Assembly: GCA_043778225.1 (NCBI GenBank)
Contig: JAYWGM010000101.1
Coordinates: 74,760 to 138,759 of the forward strand
Source: Deinococcales bacterium
Lineage (GTDB): Bacteria > Deinococcota > Deinococci > Deinococcales > JAAFIG01
Direction of reading: 5' to 3'
DNA length: 64,000 nt
Both the position numbers and the translations under genes were made by a program. Under the pieces are notes generated by a model. It was given only the letters and a program-made list of their open reading frames with translations, did not search any database and was not told the origin of the DNA. Of the stretch, positions 41,456 to 51,681 are shown piece by piece; position 1 is the first letter of the stretch; the number at the start of each line of letters is the position of its first letter.

Positions 41456-41546
41456 ACTCATCCTGCTCGAGGTACGCTGAACTCATCCTGCTCGAGGTAC
41501 GCTGAACTCATCCTGCTCGAGGTACGCTGAACTCATCCTGCTCGAG
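41438..41546. repeat. Perfect 25-bp tandem repeat, 4 copies plus a partial copy
   Basis: CTGCTCGAGGTACGCTGAACTCATC; the unit includes the FKBP stop codon. Confidence 0.95.
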
Positions 41547-41645
41547 ATTTTGCTATAACCTTTGTACCTTTTAACCTTTTGCCCTCTGTTGTCTGCCTAA
41601 CCGTTTTTGTGTCAAGAGTGTTGCACAATAAGACTCGAGGTTTCT

Positions 41646-42302
41646 ATGCGTGAAAGAATGTTTAATTTAACCACCCCCGAAGAAGTCAATTTATTTATCT
41701 CCGAGAATCCAGCCTGTGCGATTTTCAAAGCTGGAACGTGCCACAAAACCATGCAGGGTTGGGGCAATATCGAATCGTACCTTAGTCAGCGCCCAGATGT
41801 GCCAGTCGGCATCATTCGGGTGGTCGAGGCTCGTCCTGCCAGCAATCATGTGGCGGATTTAACGGGCATTGTGCATCAGAGTCCGCAGATTATTTTGTTC
41901 CGCGACCAAGAAGCCAAATTTGACTTGGACAACTGGAACATCACCAAAGAAAACCTCGAGCCAAACCTCGAGAAATTCTTACCGGCTTTGGAGGGCGAAG
42001 TGGTGGCAGAAGGTAAGCGCACCAGTTTAGACCCGTACAAGAACTTAATGGATAAGTATTTAAGTGGTGCGGTTTCCGAAAGTCAATTTCAATGGACTTA
42101 CTTAGAAATGTTTCGCAACGATGCCAATTTGCGCTCCCAAGACGAATTTACACTTTTGGACAGCCTATTTGGCAACCCAGACGAGCATCACATTCACGCT
42201 GGGGCAATTGTGCAACTCGAGATGGCGAATCAAAGCACTGGTGCAGTTGCGCCTCTGCTCGAGCGGGTTGGGATGTTGCGCCAGCAGATGAACGCACTGT
42301 AA
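41646..42302 (+). CDS. Monothiol bacilliredoxin BrxC/YtxJ with C-terminal helical domain (AbxC-like)
   Basis: FKAGTCHKT, RPASNHVA..TGIVHQSPQ; tail Y..L.DKYL.G..SE..F...YL..F. Confidence 0.8.
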   Translation: MRERMFNLTTPEEVNLFISENPACAIFKAGTCHKTMQGWGNIESYLSQRPDVPVGIIRVVEARPASNHVADLTGIVHQSPQIILFRDQEAKFDLDNWNITKENLEPNLEKFLPALEGEVVAEGKRTSLDPYKNLMDKYLSGAVSESQFQWTYLEMFRNDANLRSQDEFTLLDSLFGNPDEHHIHAGAIVQLEMANQSTGAVAPLLERVGMLRQQMNAL

Positions 42303-42429
42303 TCAAAAAGCCCCACCCCTACGACAAAGACTATGCTAAAGGCTCAAGAAGGCTTTCCGAGCCGATTGGCTCGAGGCAATGTGTCTCGAGCTTCATCTTT
42401 TTTTTGGTGTTTCGGGGCATACTATAGAA

Positions 42430-43710
42430 ATGCTAAAACGCTTTTTGATTCTGCTGTGTTTTCTGACCTCGAGCCTCGCTGCTGCCCAAACAGTCCAGTG
42501 GACAACCGTAGACCCCAAATTTGCCGCCCTCCCCAATGCCAAGGCTTTTTTTGGCACTCGAGCTGGTGTTTTTGGTGGGCAGTACGCCTACCGTATCGAA
42601 ATGCCAGACACGTGGAATGGCGACTTGGTGATGTACGCCCACGGTTTTAAGGGGCTTGGTCCAGAATTAAACGCCGACATCATTCCAATTCGGGCTTGGT
42701 TTATTCAAAACGGTTACGCTTGGGCAAGCTCGAGTTATAGTGCCAATGGCTGGGCAGTCCGTCAGGGCGCAGACGACACCAAAGACCTCGCCGAGTTTGT
42801 GAGTAGCAGTATCGCCAAGCCAAAACGCACCTTTATTCTTGGGGCTTCGATGGGTGGCAACGTCATTACCGATAGCCTTGGCAATTTTCCAACCCTCTAT
42901 GCTGGCGCAATGCCGATTTGTGGCGCTTTGACCGGTCTCGAGCTATTCGATTACTTTTTATCTTATGCCTTGGTCGGCGAGTACGTCTCGGGGATTAACC
43001 TTGTGCCTAGCACCTTAGACCCCGTTTCGTTTTACATTCAAAAATACTTTGGTGGTTTGCTGCCAACCCTTGGACAACCCAAGGCATACACCGCCAAAGG
43101 CTTACAATTTGACAGCATTATTAAAAACTTGTCAGGCGGCGAACGCCCCTATAGGCTCGAGGGAATGCTTGCCGAAACCGCGCCAAACATCAATTTTTAC
43201 AGCGCGTGGTTTAGTGGCGGTGGGCTTGGGGTGATTAACCACAACACCGATAAACAAGTCACCAGCAACATCGGACTCGAGTACCGCATAGACCCAAATC
43301 TGGGCTTAGACAGTGCTACCCTGAACCGTGGCATCAAGCGTATCGAAGCCAACCCAGATGTGCGAATTACCGAAGGGCGTTATTGGTATGGCATCCCGAG
43401 CGGCAGAATCCTTGTGCCAGTCATGAGTTACCACACCTCAGGCGATGCTTTTGTGCCGGTCAATATGGAAATTTCGTACCGTAAAAAAGTCGAGGCTCGA
43501 GGGCGCGGCGATTTATTGGTGCAGCGTTTGGTACGCCGTCCGAATCATTGCCAATTTAGCGAAGCCGAACTGATTGAAGGTTTTTCTGATTTGGTGGCAT
43601 GGGTCAATACGGGCAAAAAACCACGCGGCGACGATTTATTGGGCGACATCAGCAATGCCGGTCTCGAGTGGACAAAACCGCTTTTGGAAAGCGACCCCGC
43701 TAAAAAATAA
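42430..43710 (+). CDS. Secreted alpha/beta hydrolase
   Basis: Signal peptide; WNGDLVMYAHG, GASMGG, D..VP, HC.F. Confidence 0.7.
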   Translation: MLKRFLILLCFLTSSLAAAQTVQWTTVDPKFAALPNAKAFFGTRAGVFGGQYAYRIEMPDTWNGDLVMYAHGFKGLGPELNADIIPIRAWFIQNGYAWASSSYSANGWAVRQGADDTKDLAEFVSSSIAKPKRTFILGASMGGNVITDSLGNFPTLYAGAMPICGALTGLELFDYFLSYALVGEYVSGINLVPSTLDPVSFYIQKYFGGLLPTLGQPKAYTAKGLQFDSIIKNLSGGERPYRLEGMLAETAPNINFYSAWFSGGGLGVINHNTDKQVTSNIGLEYRIDPNLGLDSATLNRGIKRIEANPDVRITEGRYWYGIPSGRILVPVMSYHTSGDAFVPVNMEISYRKKVEARGRGDLLVQRLVRRPNHCQFSEAELIEGFSDLVAWVNTGKKPRGDDLLGDISNAGLEWTKPLLESDPAKK

Positions 43711-43749
43711 TCTGTACTCGTGAGGTCATGACTGGGCTATACTCGAGCC

Positions 43750-44040
43750 ATGATCACTGCGATTGTTTTGGTTCGTGCCACTCGAGACAAAATCCCCGAA
43801 ACTGCCGAGCGATTGGCGGCGCTGCCGCACGTTGCCGAGTGCTACAGCATTACGGGCGATTGGGACATTGCCTGTATTTTGCGCTTTCCTCATTTTGAGG
43901 ATTTAGACGAGATCGTGACCCAAGAACTGCGTGGCATTGCTGGCATCGAACGCACCCAAACGATGTTGGCGTTTAAGGCATACTCCAAGGATTTACTCGA
44001 CCAGGGTTTTGGGATTGGTATGGACGAAAGCGGCGTATAA
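43750..44040 (+). CDS. Stand-alone Lrp/AsnC ligand-binding domain protein
   Basis: V.E.YSITGDWDI, LRGIAGIERTQT. Confidence 0.85.
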   Translation: MITAIVLVRATRDKIPETAERLAALPHVAECYSITGDWDIACILRFPHFEDLDEIVTQELRGIAGIERTQTMLAFKAYSKDLLDQGFGIGMDESGV

Positions 44041-44080
44041 GGCTTGAGCTAAGAAAAACCCGCACTCGAGCAGTGGTGAA

Positions 44081-44512
44081 TTAGCGATTGCGTGGTGCGT
44101 GTAAAATTAGGTCGGCTAAAGCTCGTGATGTATTGCTTTGCATCTCGAGCCACGCTTGTATTTGCTGCATTTCTTCTGATGGAGCGCTAATCCGAACTTG
44201 TTTAGAGATAAAATTCTTCTTTTTTCGTCCAGCCCCCATTCGGCTACCGCCACGTTTGGGATGCTTGGTATACTCTTTTTGTAACTGCAACCAAAATTCT
44301 GCTTTGGCACTGCCCAATTGCTCGAGTCCGTGAGCAATGCTGGGAGTTATGCCGAGCAGACCGACACAAAGTTGTTGTAGTTCTTGTTTACTGACACCAA
44401 AGGTTTTACTGGCTTTACTGGCACTGATTCCAAGGGCTTCGAGTTCGTCAGCAACCACAAAGCCGGGATGGATAACTCGAGCCGCAGATAGATTATCCGA
44501 ATAGATTTTCAT
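44081..44512 (-). CDS. HigA-like antitoxin with C-terminal extension
   Basis: HPG....EL, ITP..A..L, AEFWL.LQ..Y; tail RGGSRMGAGRKK. Confidence 0.8.
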   Translation of the reverse strand: MKIYSDNLSAARVIHPGFVVADELEALGISASKASKTFGVSKQELQQLCVGLLGITPSIAHGLEQLGSAKAEFWLQLQKEYTKHPKRGGSRMGAGRKKKNFISKQVRISAPSEEMQQIQAWLEMQSNTSRALADLILHAPRNR

Positions 44513-44519
44513 ATACTCC

Positions 44520-44816
44520 TTAGTGGTAATCCACAATTTCCAAAATATAAACAATATTGCCGATGTCATCTTGGTGGAGTTCAAAACAGAGTCGAAACTG
44601 CTTATTCAGACGAACACTGAATTGTCCCGCCCGATTGCCGACCAGTTTTTCGGTTTGTAAACCCTTGATTGCGTAGAAGATTCGTTCATCCGAAGCTGCA
44701 CTGATAATTTGCATCACAACCAAAAAACGTCTATAAACACTTTCTGGGAGTGATTCTGCCCCTTTCCCACTTGAGTAGAGTTCCTCGAGCTTGCCATCCT
44801 TAAAGGCAAATTTCAC
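44520..44816 (-). CDS. HigB (plasmid-killer type) toxin
   Basis: EKL.GNRAGQFSVRLNKQFRLCF, EIVDYH end; TTGACA-17-TACATT 6 nt before GTG (leaderless). Confidence 0.88.
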   Translation of the reverse strand: MKFAFKDGKLEELYSSGKGAESLPESVYRRFLVVMQIISAASDERIFYAIKGLQTEKLVGNRAGQFSVRLNKQFRLCFELHQDDIGNIVYILEIVDYH

Positions 44817-44965
44817 TGGCGTAATGTATTTGATTTGCTGATTTCTGTCAAGTTTTTTCAAAAATAGAGTTAAAGCAAAACCATCATATCTATTGCCAAG
44901 TTGGGTTACGATAAGACCAGTGCGCCTCGAGACTCGAGATGCTGTTTTTTTATGGAGGAAAAATT

Positions 44966-45889
44966 ATGCCCTTAGTCACAGGTGGAGCAATCCTGACCGC
45001 AGCCCGCGCCGGCAAGTATGGCGTTGGGGCTTTCAATACCAACAATTTAGAATTCACCCAAGCGATTCTCGAGACGGCAGAAAAACTTAAATCCCCCGTC
45101 ATTTTGCAGATTTCCGAAGGCGCTCGCAAATACGCTGGCACAGAAAATCTGGCACACATGATTGCCGACATGGCAAGCCGTGTCAGTGTGCCGGTCGCCA
45201 TTCATCAAGACCATGGCTCGAGTCTCGAGATTTGCAAATCGGCAATTGCGGCAGGTTTTACCAGTGTGATGATTGACGCTTCGCACGACCCATTCGAGGA
45301 AAATGTTCGCATCACCAAAGAAGTGGTCGAGTATGCCCATAGCCACGGTGTGACGGTCGAAGCCGAGCTTGGACGCTTGGGTGGCATCGAAGAACACGTC
45401 GATGTCTCGGCAGAGGATGCTTTTTTGACCGACCCAGAAGAAGCCGCACGGTTTATTGAACTGACTGGCGTGGATTATTTGGCAATTGCCATCGGCACAA
45501 GCCACGGCGCATACAAAGGCAAAGGCAGACCATTTATAGACCATGCCCGAATCGAAAAAATTGCCAGTTTAACACCGATTCCGTTGGTCATGCACGGCGC
45601 TTCCGGTGTGCCACAGTGGTTGACCGACCGTTTTAAGGCTTCGGGTGGCGAAATTGGCGAAGCGGCTGGCATCCACGATGAAGACTTGGCACGCAGCACC
45701 CAGTTTGGCATTGCCAAAGTCAATATCGACACCGATTTACGACTGGCTTTTACGACTGCCGTGCGCGAGGTGCTGATGAAAAACCCAGCCGAATTTGACC
45801 CGCGTAAAATTCTAGCCCCTGCCAAAGAGATGATGAAAGAAATTGCAGCCCACCGAATGCAGGTCTTGGGCAGCGCTGGAAAAGCCTAG
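44966..45889 (+). CDS. fba: Class II fructose-1,6-bisphosphate aldolase
   Basis: HQDHG, FTSVMIDASH, VEAELG, IGTSHGAYK, LVMHGAS, KVNIDTDLR. Confidence 0.95.
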   Translation: MPLVTGGAILTAARAGKYGVGAFNTNNLEFTQAILETAEKLKSPVILQISEGARKYAGTENLAHMIADMASRVSVPVAIHQDHGSSLEICKSAIAAGFTSVMIDASHDPFEENVRITKEVVEYAHSHGVTVEAELGRLGGIEEHVDVSAEDAFLTDPEEAARFIELTGVDYLAIAIGTSHGAYKGKGRPFIDHARIEKIASLTPIPLVMHGASGVPQWLTDRFKASGGEIGEAAGIHDEDLARSTQFGIAKVNIDTDLRLAFTTAVREVLMKNPAEFDPRKILAPAKEMMKEIAAHRMQVLGSAGKA

Positions 45890-45960
45890 TTTGACCTCAT
45901 GATTATACAAGCTAAACTCGAGTCAAATTAAAAAACGTGTCTGAGATAGCTAAAAATCGC

Positions 45961-46035
45961 TTGACACTAACCCAAGGGTAGACTTAATAATTGTTGTACG
46001 AACATCGAGACCTCCCGCTCGATGTTCGCTTTTTT
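45961..46035 (+). other. Promoter-like element followed by an 11-bp hairpin and U-tract (terminator or tiny sRNA)
   Basis: TTGACA...TAATAAT, then CGAACATCGAG-acctcccg-CTCGATGTTCG-cTTTTTT. Confidence 0.55.
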
Positions 46036-46106
46036 ATGCCAAGCGATTTTGATTGCAAAATTAACCTCGAGTAACCAATCATTTATAGCGTGTTAATCTA
46101 AGTGCT

Positions 46107-46988
46107 ATGGAAACACTTATTGGTATAGACCTCGGTGGTACGAAAATCGCCGCCGCCGCCGTCCAGAATGGCATCATTGTTGCAAAAGTGGTTGTCCCAA
46201 CGCCCAAAGATGGGGCGGATAGCGTTTTTGCCGCCATGATTGAAGCCGCCCAAGAGGTCTTAAAAACCGCGCCAGCCACTCGAGTCGGGGTTGGTGTACC
46301 GGGTCCACTGGATTTCAAAAAAGGCGAAATTAAATTCGCGCCCAATATCAACGGTATGGTCAATGCACCGGTGGTGGCTAAACTGCAAGCTGGTTTAGGC
46401 TTACACATCGAACTCGAGAACGATGCCAATGCGGCTGGGCTTGCCGAACACACCTACGGCGCGGGGCGCGGCGCAAGCTCGAGTTATTTCATCACCATCT
46501 CGACTGGTATTGGCGGCGGAATTATTCTCCATAACCGAATCTGGCGTGGCGCACATGGAATCGCTGGCGAGATTGGTCATGTGATTGCTTTGCCGGGTGG
46601 TGTGGTGGCTGGCAGTGGTGTCTCTGGGGCGCTCGAGGCGGTGGCAAGTGGTACGGCAATGGCTCGAGATGCGAGTTATGCCTTTGCCCGTTCGGTAGAT
46701 ACCCGCGAGCTTTTTGCCATGGCACAGGAAGGCGAATATCGCGCCTTAAAAATTGTAGACCAGGCGGCTCGTTATATTGGCTGTGCGATTGCCGATGTTC
46801 AAAAAAACCTCGACCCGGAAGTCTTTGTGTTGGGTGGCGGGGTTGCCGAAGTCGGCGAATTCTTTTTGGGTAAAATTCGAGCGGTGGCGATTGCCGAAGC
46901 TCGAGGTTTTGCTGTGCCGATTATCCATAAAGCAGTTTTAGGCAGCGATGCTGGCGTGATTGGCGCGGCATTAGCGGCTCGAGAATAA
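46107..46988 (+). CDS. ROK-family glucokinase
   Basis: IGIDLGGTK, LENDANAA, GIGGG, AGEIGH, LEAVASG. Confidence 0.88.
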   Translation: METLIGIDLGGTKIAAAAVQNGIIVAKVVVPTPKDGADSVFAAMIEAAQEVLKTAPATRVGVGVPGPLDFKKGEIKFAPNINGMVNAPVVAKLQAGLGLHIELENDANAAGLAEHTYGAGRGASSSYFITISTGIGGGIILHNRIWRGAHGIAGEIGHVIALPGGVVAGSGVSGALEAVASGTAMARDASYAFARSVDTRELFAMAQEGEYRALKIVDQAARYIGCAIADVQKNLDPEVFVLGGGVAEVGEFFLGKIRAVAIAEARGFAVPIIHKAVLGSDAGVIGAALAARE

Positions 46989-48428
46989 AAATTCACCGCC
47001 TTCAAAAATCAAATGCTGGGTGGCAAAAGGTGGTTTATCTTCTTGGCGGTGCGCGATAATCAGCAGTGTGGCATTTTGGTCTTGCAGCACTCGCCAAACC
47101 AAAGTCCGAGCCGTTGCATCCAAATAATCAAAGGCTTCGTCCAGAATAATCACCTCGGGGCGCAGCACCAAAGCTCGAGCCAAGAGTAATTTTCGCAGTT
47201 CGCCTTGTGAAGCGTACAAGGTATTGCGCTGCTCGAGAAAACCAATTTCGAGTACATCTAGCAGTTCTTGGACTCGAGCCACCTCGGCTGCCGCAAGTGG
47301 TCTATGCCAGCCCAAGCCGCCACTGTAAGCACTGGCAACAATTTCAAAACCAGTTGCCTCTAATCTGTGCCAAACTTGGGCATCGCTCGAGACCAGTGCA
47401 ATTTTGGCGTGGCGCTCCCAGATTGGAGTTCGACTCGAGCCAAACCAACGCACCAAACCGCCAAAGGCAGGTGCAATATCGCCGCGCAAGAGTTTGGCAA
47501 AAGTGCTTTTGCCTGCTCCGTTTTGCCCAGTCACCAAGCAGTGCTGCCCTTGCCTGAGGGTAAAATTTATCTGCTCGAGAATCAGTTTTGTGGCACTTAA
47601 AGCATGACCATCCAAAGCTGTAGCATCATCTCCGCCAAGGTAGACATCGGCATTTTTTATTTCAATCAGGATGTTCGCTTGGGCTTGGTTTTTGGCTGGC
47701 TTTGACTTTTTGGCGGTCGTCTTGGTCTCGAGCCACCGACCCATTTTTCCCTGCTCAAGAAATAGCTTTTTTTCGTCTTTGACAAAAGGTGCTTCTTGGC
47801 GATGCGTGGTGTAGACCAATGTGCCACCAGTTGCCAAAAAACCTTGCACCATCTGGCGCAAGCGTTCTCGAGCTTTGGTATCTATGCCACTAAAAAACTC
47901 ATCGAGCAGCAACAGCCGTGGTGTGTTTAACAAGGCTCGAGCCAGCAGCACTTGGCGCATTTGCCCTTTGGAGAGCTTGGTAAAAACTTGCCCAAGCAGG
48001 GCTGTAATTTTCAGGTTTTCGGCAAGCTCGAGTAGTTTTTGTTCTTGGGCTGGCTCGAGTGGCGTGTATAAAAAATCAGTTTGGGCAAAGCCAGTTTGTA
48101 GCACTTCAAGGGCAGTCTGTTGGTGGTTTAGACGCTGATAGCGCTCTTGGATTTCTGGCGAGACCAGTGCCATCTGTTGCTTTGCCCCAATTGGGCTACT
48201 TCTGGGGAGCGACGTAAAATAATAGCTGCGCTGACCGCTCGAGTGCCAATGGTCGCCGTATAAAAGTTTTAGGAGGGTGCTTTTGCCCGAGCCATTTGCG
48301 CCACCAATCTGTACAACATCGCCACGACGAAGCTCAAGACTGATGTTCTCGAGCAGTACCCGACCATTGAGTTCCAGACCAGCTTGCTCGAGGGTGACTA
48401 ACTCAGCTTGCTCGAGGGTATTTAACAT
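46971..48428 (-). CDS. Double ABC ATPase (ModF-like)
   Basis: Two Walker A motifs (GANGSGKS, GQNGAGKS); LSKGQ and SQGE signatures; LLDE and ILDE. Confidence 0.8.
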   Translation of the reverse strand: MLNTLEQAELVTLEQAGLELNGRVLLENISLELRRGDVVQIGGANGSGKSTLLKLLYGDHWHSSGQRSYYFTSLPRSSPIGAKQQMALVSPEIQERYQRLNHQQTALEVLQTGFAQTDFLYTPLEPAQEQKLLELAENLKITALLGQVFTKLSKGQMRQVLLARALLNTPRLLLLDEFFSGIDTKARERLRQMVQGFLATGGTLVYTTHRQEAPFVKDEKKLFLEQGKMGRWLETKTTAKKSKPAKNQAQANILIEIKNADVYLGGDDATALDGHALSATKLILEQINFTLRQGQHCLVTGQNGAGKSTFAKLLRGDIAPAFGGLVRWFGSSRTPIWERHAKIALVSSDAQVWHRLEATGFEIVASAYSGGLGWHRPLAAAEVARVQELLDVLEIGFLEQRNTLYASQGELRKLLLARALVLRPEVIILDEAFDYLDATARTLVWRVLQDQNATLLIIAHRQEDKPPFATQHLIFEGGEFLFSSR

Positions 48429-48435
48429 ACAAAAA

Positions 48436-48462
48436 AATATCCCCCAAATTACAGGGGATATT
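48436..48462 (-). terminator. Terminator downstream of the fasciclin gene
   Basis: AATATCCCC...GGGGATATT stem with an adjacent A-run (U-tract on the minus strand). Confidence 0.55.
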
Positions 48463-48476
48463 CAAGGGCTGGATAT

Positions 48477-48974
48477 TTATTTTGGCATCAGAACGCGGTC
48501 AATGACGTGAATCACACCATTGCTGGCTGCGACATCGGTGGCGATAACGCGGGTTAAGCGCTTGGATTCATCAACGATTGAAACGCCTCCACCAAGCACG
48601 TAAACGGTAAATTCGCCACCTTGAACGGTCTTAACTTTTTTGCGGTTCATACCAACCACATCGGCTGCCATCACTTTTCCAGCCACAACATGGTAGGTCA
48701 AGACTTTGACCAAAGCGGCTTTGTTTTCTGGCTTGAGGAGCATATCCACTGTGCCGGCTGGCAGTTTAGCAAAGGCTTCGTTGGTTGGAGCAAAGACTGT
48801 AAACGGACCTGCACCCGAAAGTGTACCAACCAAGTCACCAGCTTTGACGGCGGCAACCAAGGTGGCAAAGCTGCTGTTCCCGACAGCAACATCCACAATT
48901 GTGCCGGGGGCGGTTTGAGCCACAACAGTCGAGAGCATCGCGGCGGTGAGTCCAAGAGCAAAGAATTTTTTCAT
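48477..48974 (-). CDS. Secreted fasciclin (FAS1) domain protein
   Basis: Signal peptide; [27 protein letters not shown]. Confidence 0.93.
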   Translation of the reverse strand: MKKFFALGLTAAMLSTVVAQTAPGTIVDVAVGNSSFATLVAAVKAGDLVGTLSGAGPFTVFAPTNEAFAKLPAGTVDMLLKPENKAALVKVLTYHVVAGKVMAADVVGMNRKKVKTVQGGEFTVYVLGGGVSIVDESKRLTRVIATDVAASNGVIHVIDRVLMPK

Positions 48975-49247
48975 ATGTTTTACCTCGGGTTAGAGTCTAC
49001 GCAGTTGGGTTGCCTAAAAACTCAGCCTCGAGTGACAATCAAAAGGAAGTCAAAGACACGAAATTTAACTTTTTTCAGGATTTACTTATATTTTTTTGTA
49101 GACCAGCCGACAATCGTAAACGTTATTTGTAATTAAAGCACCTAAATTATTGTGCATTAAACCCGAATAGATTTTGGAAGTCTAAAAATTGTAATTCAAA
49201 CTACAGTATAATCAAGTCACCCAAAAGCTGTGCTACCCTATACGTCC

Positions 49248-50963
49248 ATGAACCTCCTCAATCCGCGTGTTCTCGAGCGCTTAAATCTACATCGTGCCTT
49301 TCTTGGCGACCTGCGCCAAGCCCTGACCGCCAGCCTTGCGCCCGAAAGCGAACTGCGCGATGCCAAAGCCACTGCCGCCGGACTCGAGCAGAGTTTTTTG
49401 TTGGTTGTGGCTGGCGAATTTAACAGTGGCAAGTCGTCTTTGCTGAACGCCCTATTGGGCAGCGAGGCACTGCTTGAGGGCGTGACCCCAACCACCGATA
49501 AAGTCCAGATTTTGGTGCATGGGGAACGCGATATAACCACGCCTTATGAACCCGATGCTTTTGTGGTGCGGCGCGAACTGCCATTTGGGTTTCTCGAGGG
49601 TGTGGCATTGGTGGATACCCCCGGCACGAATGCGGTCATTCGTCAGCACCAGATTATCACCGAAGGATTTTTGCCACGCGCCGATTTACTGCTTTTTTTA
49701 ACCAGTGCCGACCGTCCTTTTTCCGAATCCGAACGCCAATTTTTAACGATTGCCAAAGCCTGGTCGCGCAAAGTCGTGATCGTGATTAACAAAGTCGATT
49801 TGCTCGAGAACCAAGCCGACCGCGAGGCGGTTTTAGAATTTGTCAAAAGTAATGCTTTAGCCACGCTTGGCGAGAACCCGCCGCTTTTTATGGTCTCGGC
49901 ACGGCAACACAAACGCGAAGGGACAGATGCGGGTTTTATGGCACTCGAGCAACACCTGCGCCAAGTTCTGGGCGAACAAAATCGGATTCGCTTAAAACTT
50001 TTATCGCCGCTCGGGGTAGCGACAGAACTTTTAACTCGAGCGACGGCTCGGGTCAAAGCCAGTCAAGAATTGTTGGCAACCGATGGCAAACTCTTAGCCG
50101 ACCTCGAGAATGAATTTACAGAGCATCAAACCGACCTCAAAACCCAACTCGAGGCGCAGTTAAATACAGTCTATGCGGTGCTGGATGGGGTGCAAAAACG
50201 CGGTGAGCTTTTTATAGACGATACCCTGCGCGTTTCTAAGACTTTTGAACTCCTAAATTCCGAGAAAATCCGTGGGCGCTTTGAGCGCGAAGTGGTATCC
50301 GATGCGCCCCAGCAACTCGAGCGCCGTGTTTCAGAAATCATTGATAGATTTTTAGAGCGCAATCTCAAATTTTGGAACGATACCGTACAACTTTTGGCAA
50401 CCCGAGGTAAAGCCGACGAAACCCGAGCCGCCTTGGTACGTGGCGCACAATTTGATTACGACCGCCAAGGTTTGCTCGAGCGCCTTGGCAGTGCCGCCAG
50501 CACCGAAATTGCTCGCTTTGAGGGCGGTGAATTTGCCCGCCAACTGGCAACCGATGCCTCGAGTGCCGTAGTGCGCGGTGGCTTAACCAGTGTTGGTGGC
50601 TTGGGCTTAGGCGCACTGCTGGCTGGGGTTTTTGGCACACTGCTGGCAGATTTTACCGGTATTTTATTGGGTATTGCGGTGGCTGGCGTGGGCTTTTTAA
50701 TTTTGCCACGCCGCCGCGCCCAAGCCAAAAGCGAACTCGAGCAGCGCATTCGTGAGACTCGAGAACGCTTGAGCGAGGTGCTGCTGCGCGAACACGACCT
50801 CGAGGGGCAACGCGCCCAAGGCAGGCTGCGCGACGCGATTGCGCCATTTACACGGTTTATTCGTGCCGAGACCGAACGCTATCAAAAAACCCAAGGCAGC
50901 CTCGAGACTTTACAAGCCCAAGCCAGCCGACTCAAGGCAGAAGTCGAAGCCTTTGAGGTTTAA
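49248..50963 (+). CDS. Bacterial dynamin-like GTPase
   Basis: GEFNSGKSS, TPTT, DTPG, NKVD; coiled coils; hydrophobic paddle. Confidence 0.85.
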   Translation: MNLLNPRVLERLNLHRAFLGDLRQALTASLAPESELRDAKATAAGLEQSFLLVVAGEFNSGKSSLLNALLGSEALLEGVTPTTDKVQILVHGERDITTPYEPDAFVVRRELPFGFLEGVALVDTPGTNAVIRQHQIITEGFLPRADLLLFLTSADRPFSESERQFLTIAKAWSRKVVIVINKVDLLENQADREAVLEFVKSNALATLGENPPLFMVSARQHKREGTDAGFMALEQHLRQVLGEQNRIRLKLLSPLGVATELLTRATARVKASQELLATDGKLLADLENEFTEHQTDLKTQLEAQLNTVYAVLDGVQKRGELFIDDTLRVSKTFELLNSEKIRGRFEREVVSDAPQQLERRVSEIIDRFLERNLKFWNDTVQLLATRGKADETRAALVRGAQFDYDRQGLLERLGSAASTEIARFEGGEFARQLATDASSAVVRGGLTSVGGLGLGALLAGVFGTLLADFTGILLGIAVAGVGFLILPRRRAQAKSELEQRIRETRERLSEVLLREHDLEGQRAQGRLRDAIAPFTRFIRAETERYQKTQGSLETLQAQASRLKAEVEAFEV

Positions 50964-50973
50964 GGAATAAACC

Positions 50974-51681
50974 ATGAAAAAACTCTTGACCTGCTGCATT
51001 TTGCTGTTTGGATTGGCGATTGCCCAAAATCGCAGTCTTGAAGCTGCCAGAGCGCTTTACACCAAGGGCGACTTCAAGGGGGCAGCGTTGCTTGCCCAAG
51101 ACCTCGAGACCTCAGAAGCCCAAGCCTTTGCTGCCAAAGCCAACAGTGTCTATGCCAGTACCCAAGCCGAAAACAAACAAGAAATTATTTATGTCCAATC
51201 CGAAGAATACGCCCGTAAAGCGATTGCGCTAAACACCAAAAACCCCGATGCCTATTTTGAAGTGGCTCGAGCCTTGGGGCGTTTAAGCCAATTGCGCGGC
51301 ATTGCCGCAGCCCTGACCCAAGGCTTAGGCACACAAATTCGTGAACAACTCGAAAATGCTCTGCAACTCGAGCCTAAACACACCAACAGCTTGGTGGCTT
51401 TTGGAATCTGGCACGCCGAAATTAGTGCTAAAGGGGTCGGCTGGTTGTACGGCGCAAGCCCCGAAGCCGCAATTGCTTATTTTGAACGCGGCAGTAAACT
51501 CGAGCCAAAGCTGATTTTACCCAAAGTCGAATATGCCAGAGGCTTACTTTTACTCGATAAGAAAAAACACCTCGAGAAAGCCATTGATTTACTCGAGCAA
51601 GCGGTCAAACTGACCCCCAACGATGCCGCCGACCGCCTAGACTTAGCCAGAGCCAAACGCGATTTAGAGGCTTTGCGCTAA
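50974..51681 (+). CDS. Secreted TPR-like protein
   Basis: Signal peptide; repeated A..L.P helical units. Confidence 0.7.
   Translation: MKKLLTCCILLFGLAIAQNRSLEAARALYTKGDFKGAALLAQDLETSEAQAFAAKANSVYASTQAENKQEIIYVQSEEYARKAIALNTKNPDAYFEVARALGRLSQLRGIAAALTQGLGTQIREQLENALQLEPKHTNSLVAFGIWHAEISAKGVGWLYGASPEAAIAYFERGSKLEPKLILPKVEYARGLLLLDKKKHLEKAIDLLEQAVKLTPNDAADRLDLARAKRDLEALR

Noticed and set aside
38759..41546. CRISPR array interpretation of the 25-bp repeats at 38759, 40814 and 41438
   Set aside because: The units are contiguous or separated by only 3-4 variable nt, there are no 25-45 nt unique spacers, and no cas genes are present
41646..42302. BrxC plus colicin-immunity-like tail as a novel fusion
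   Set aside because: It matches my recollection of the atypical bacilliredoxin already described in Deinococcus
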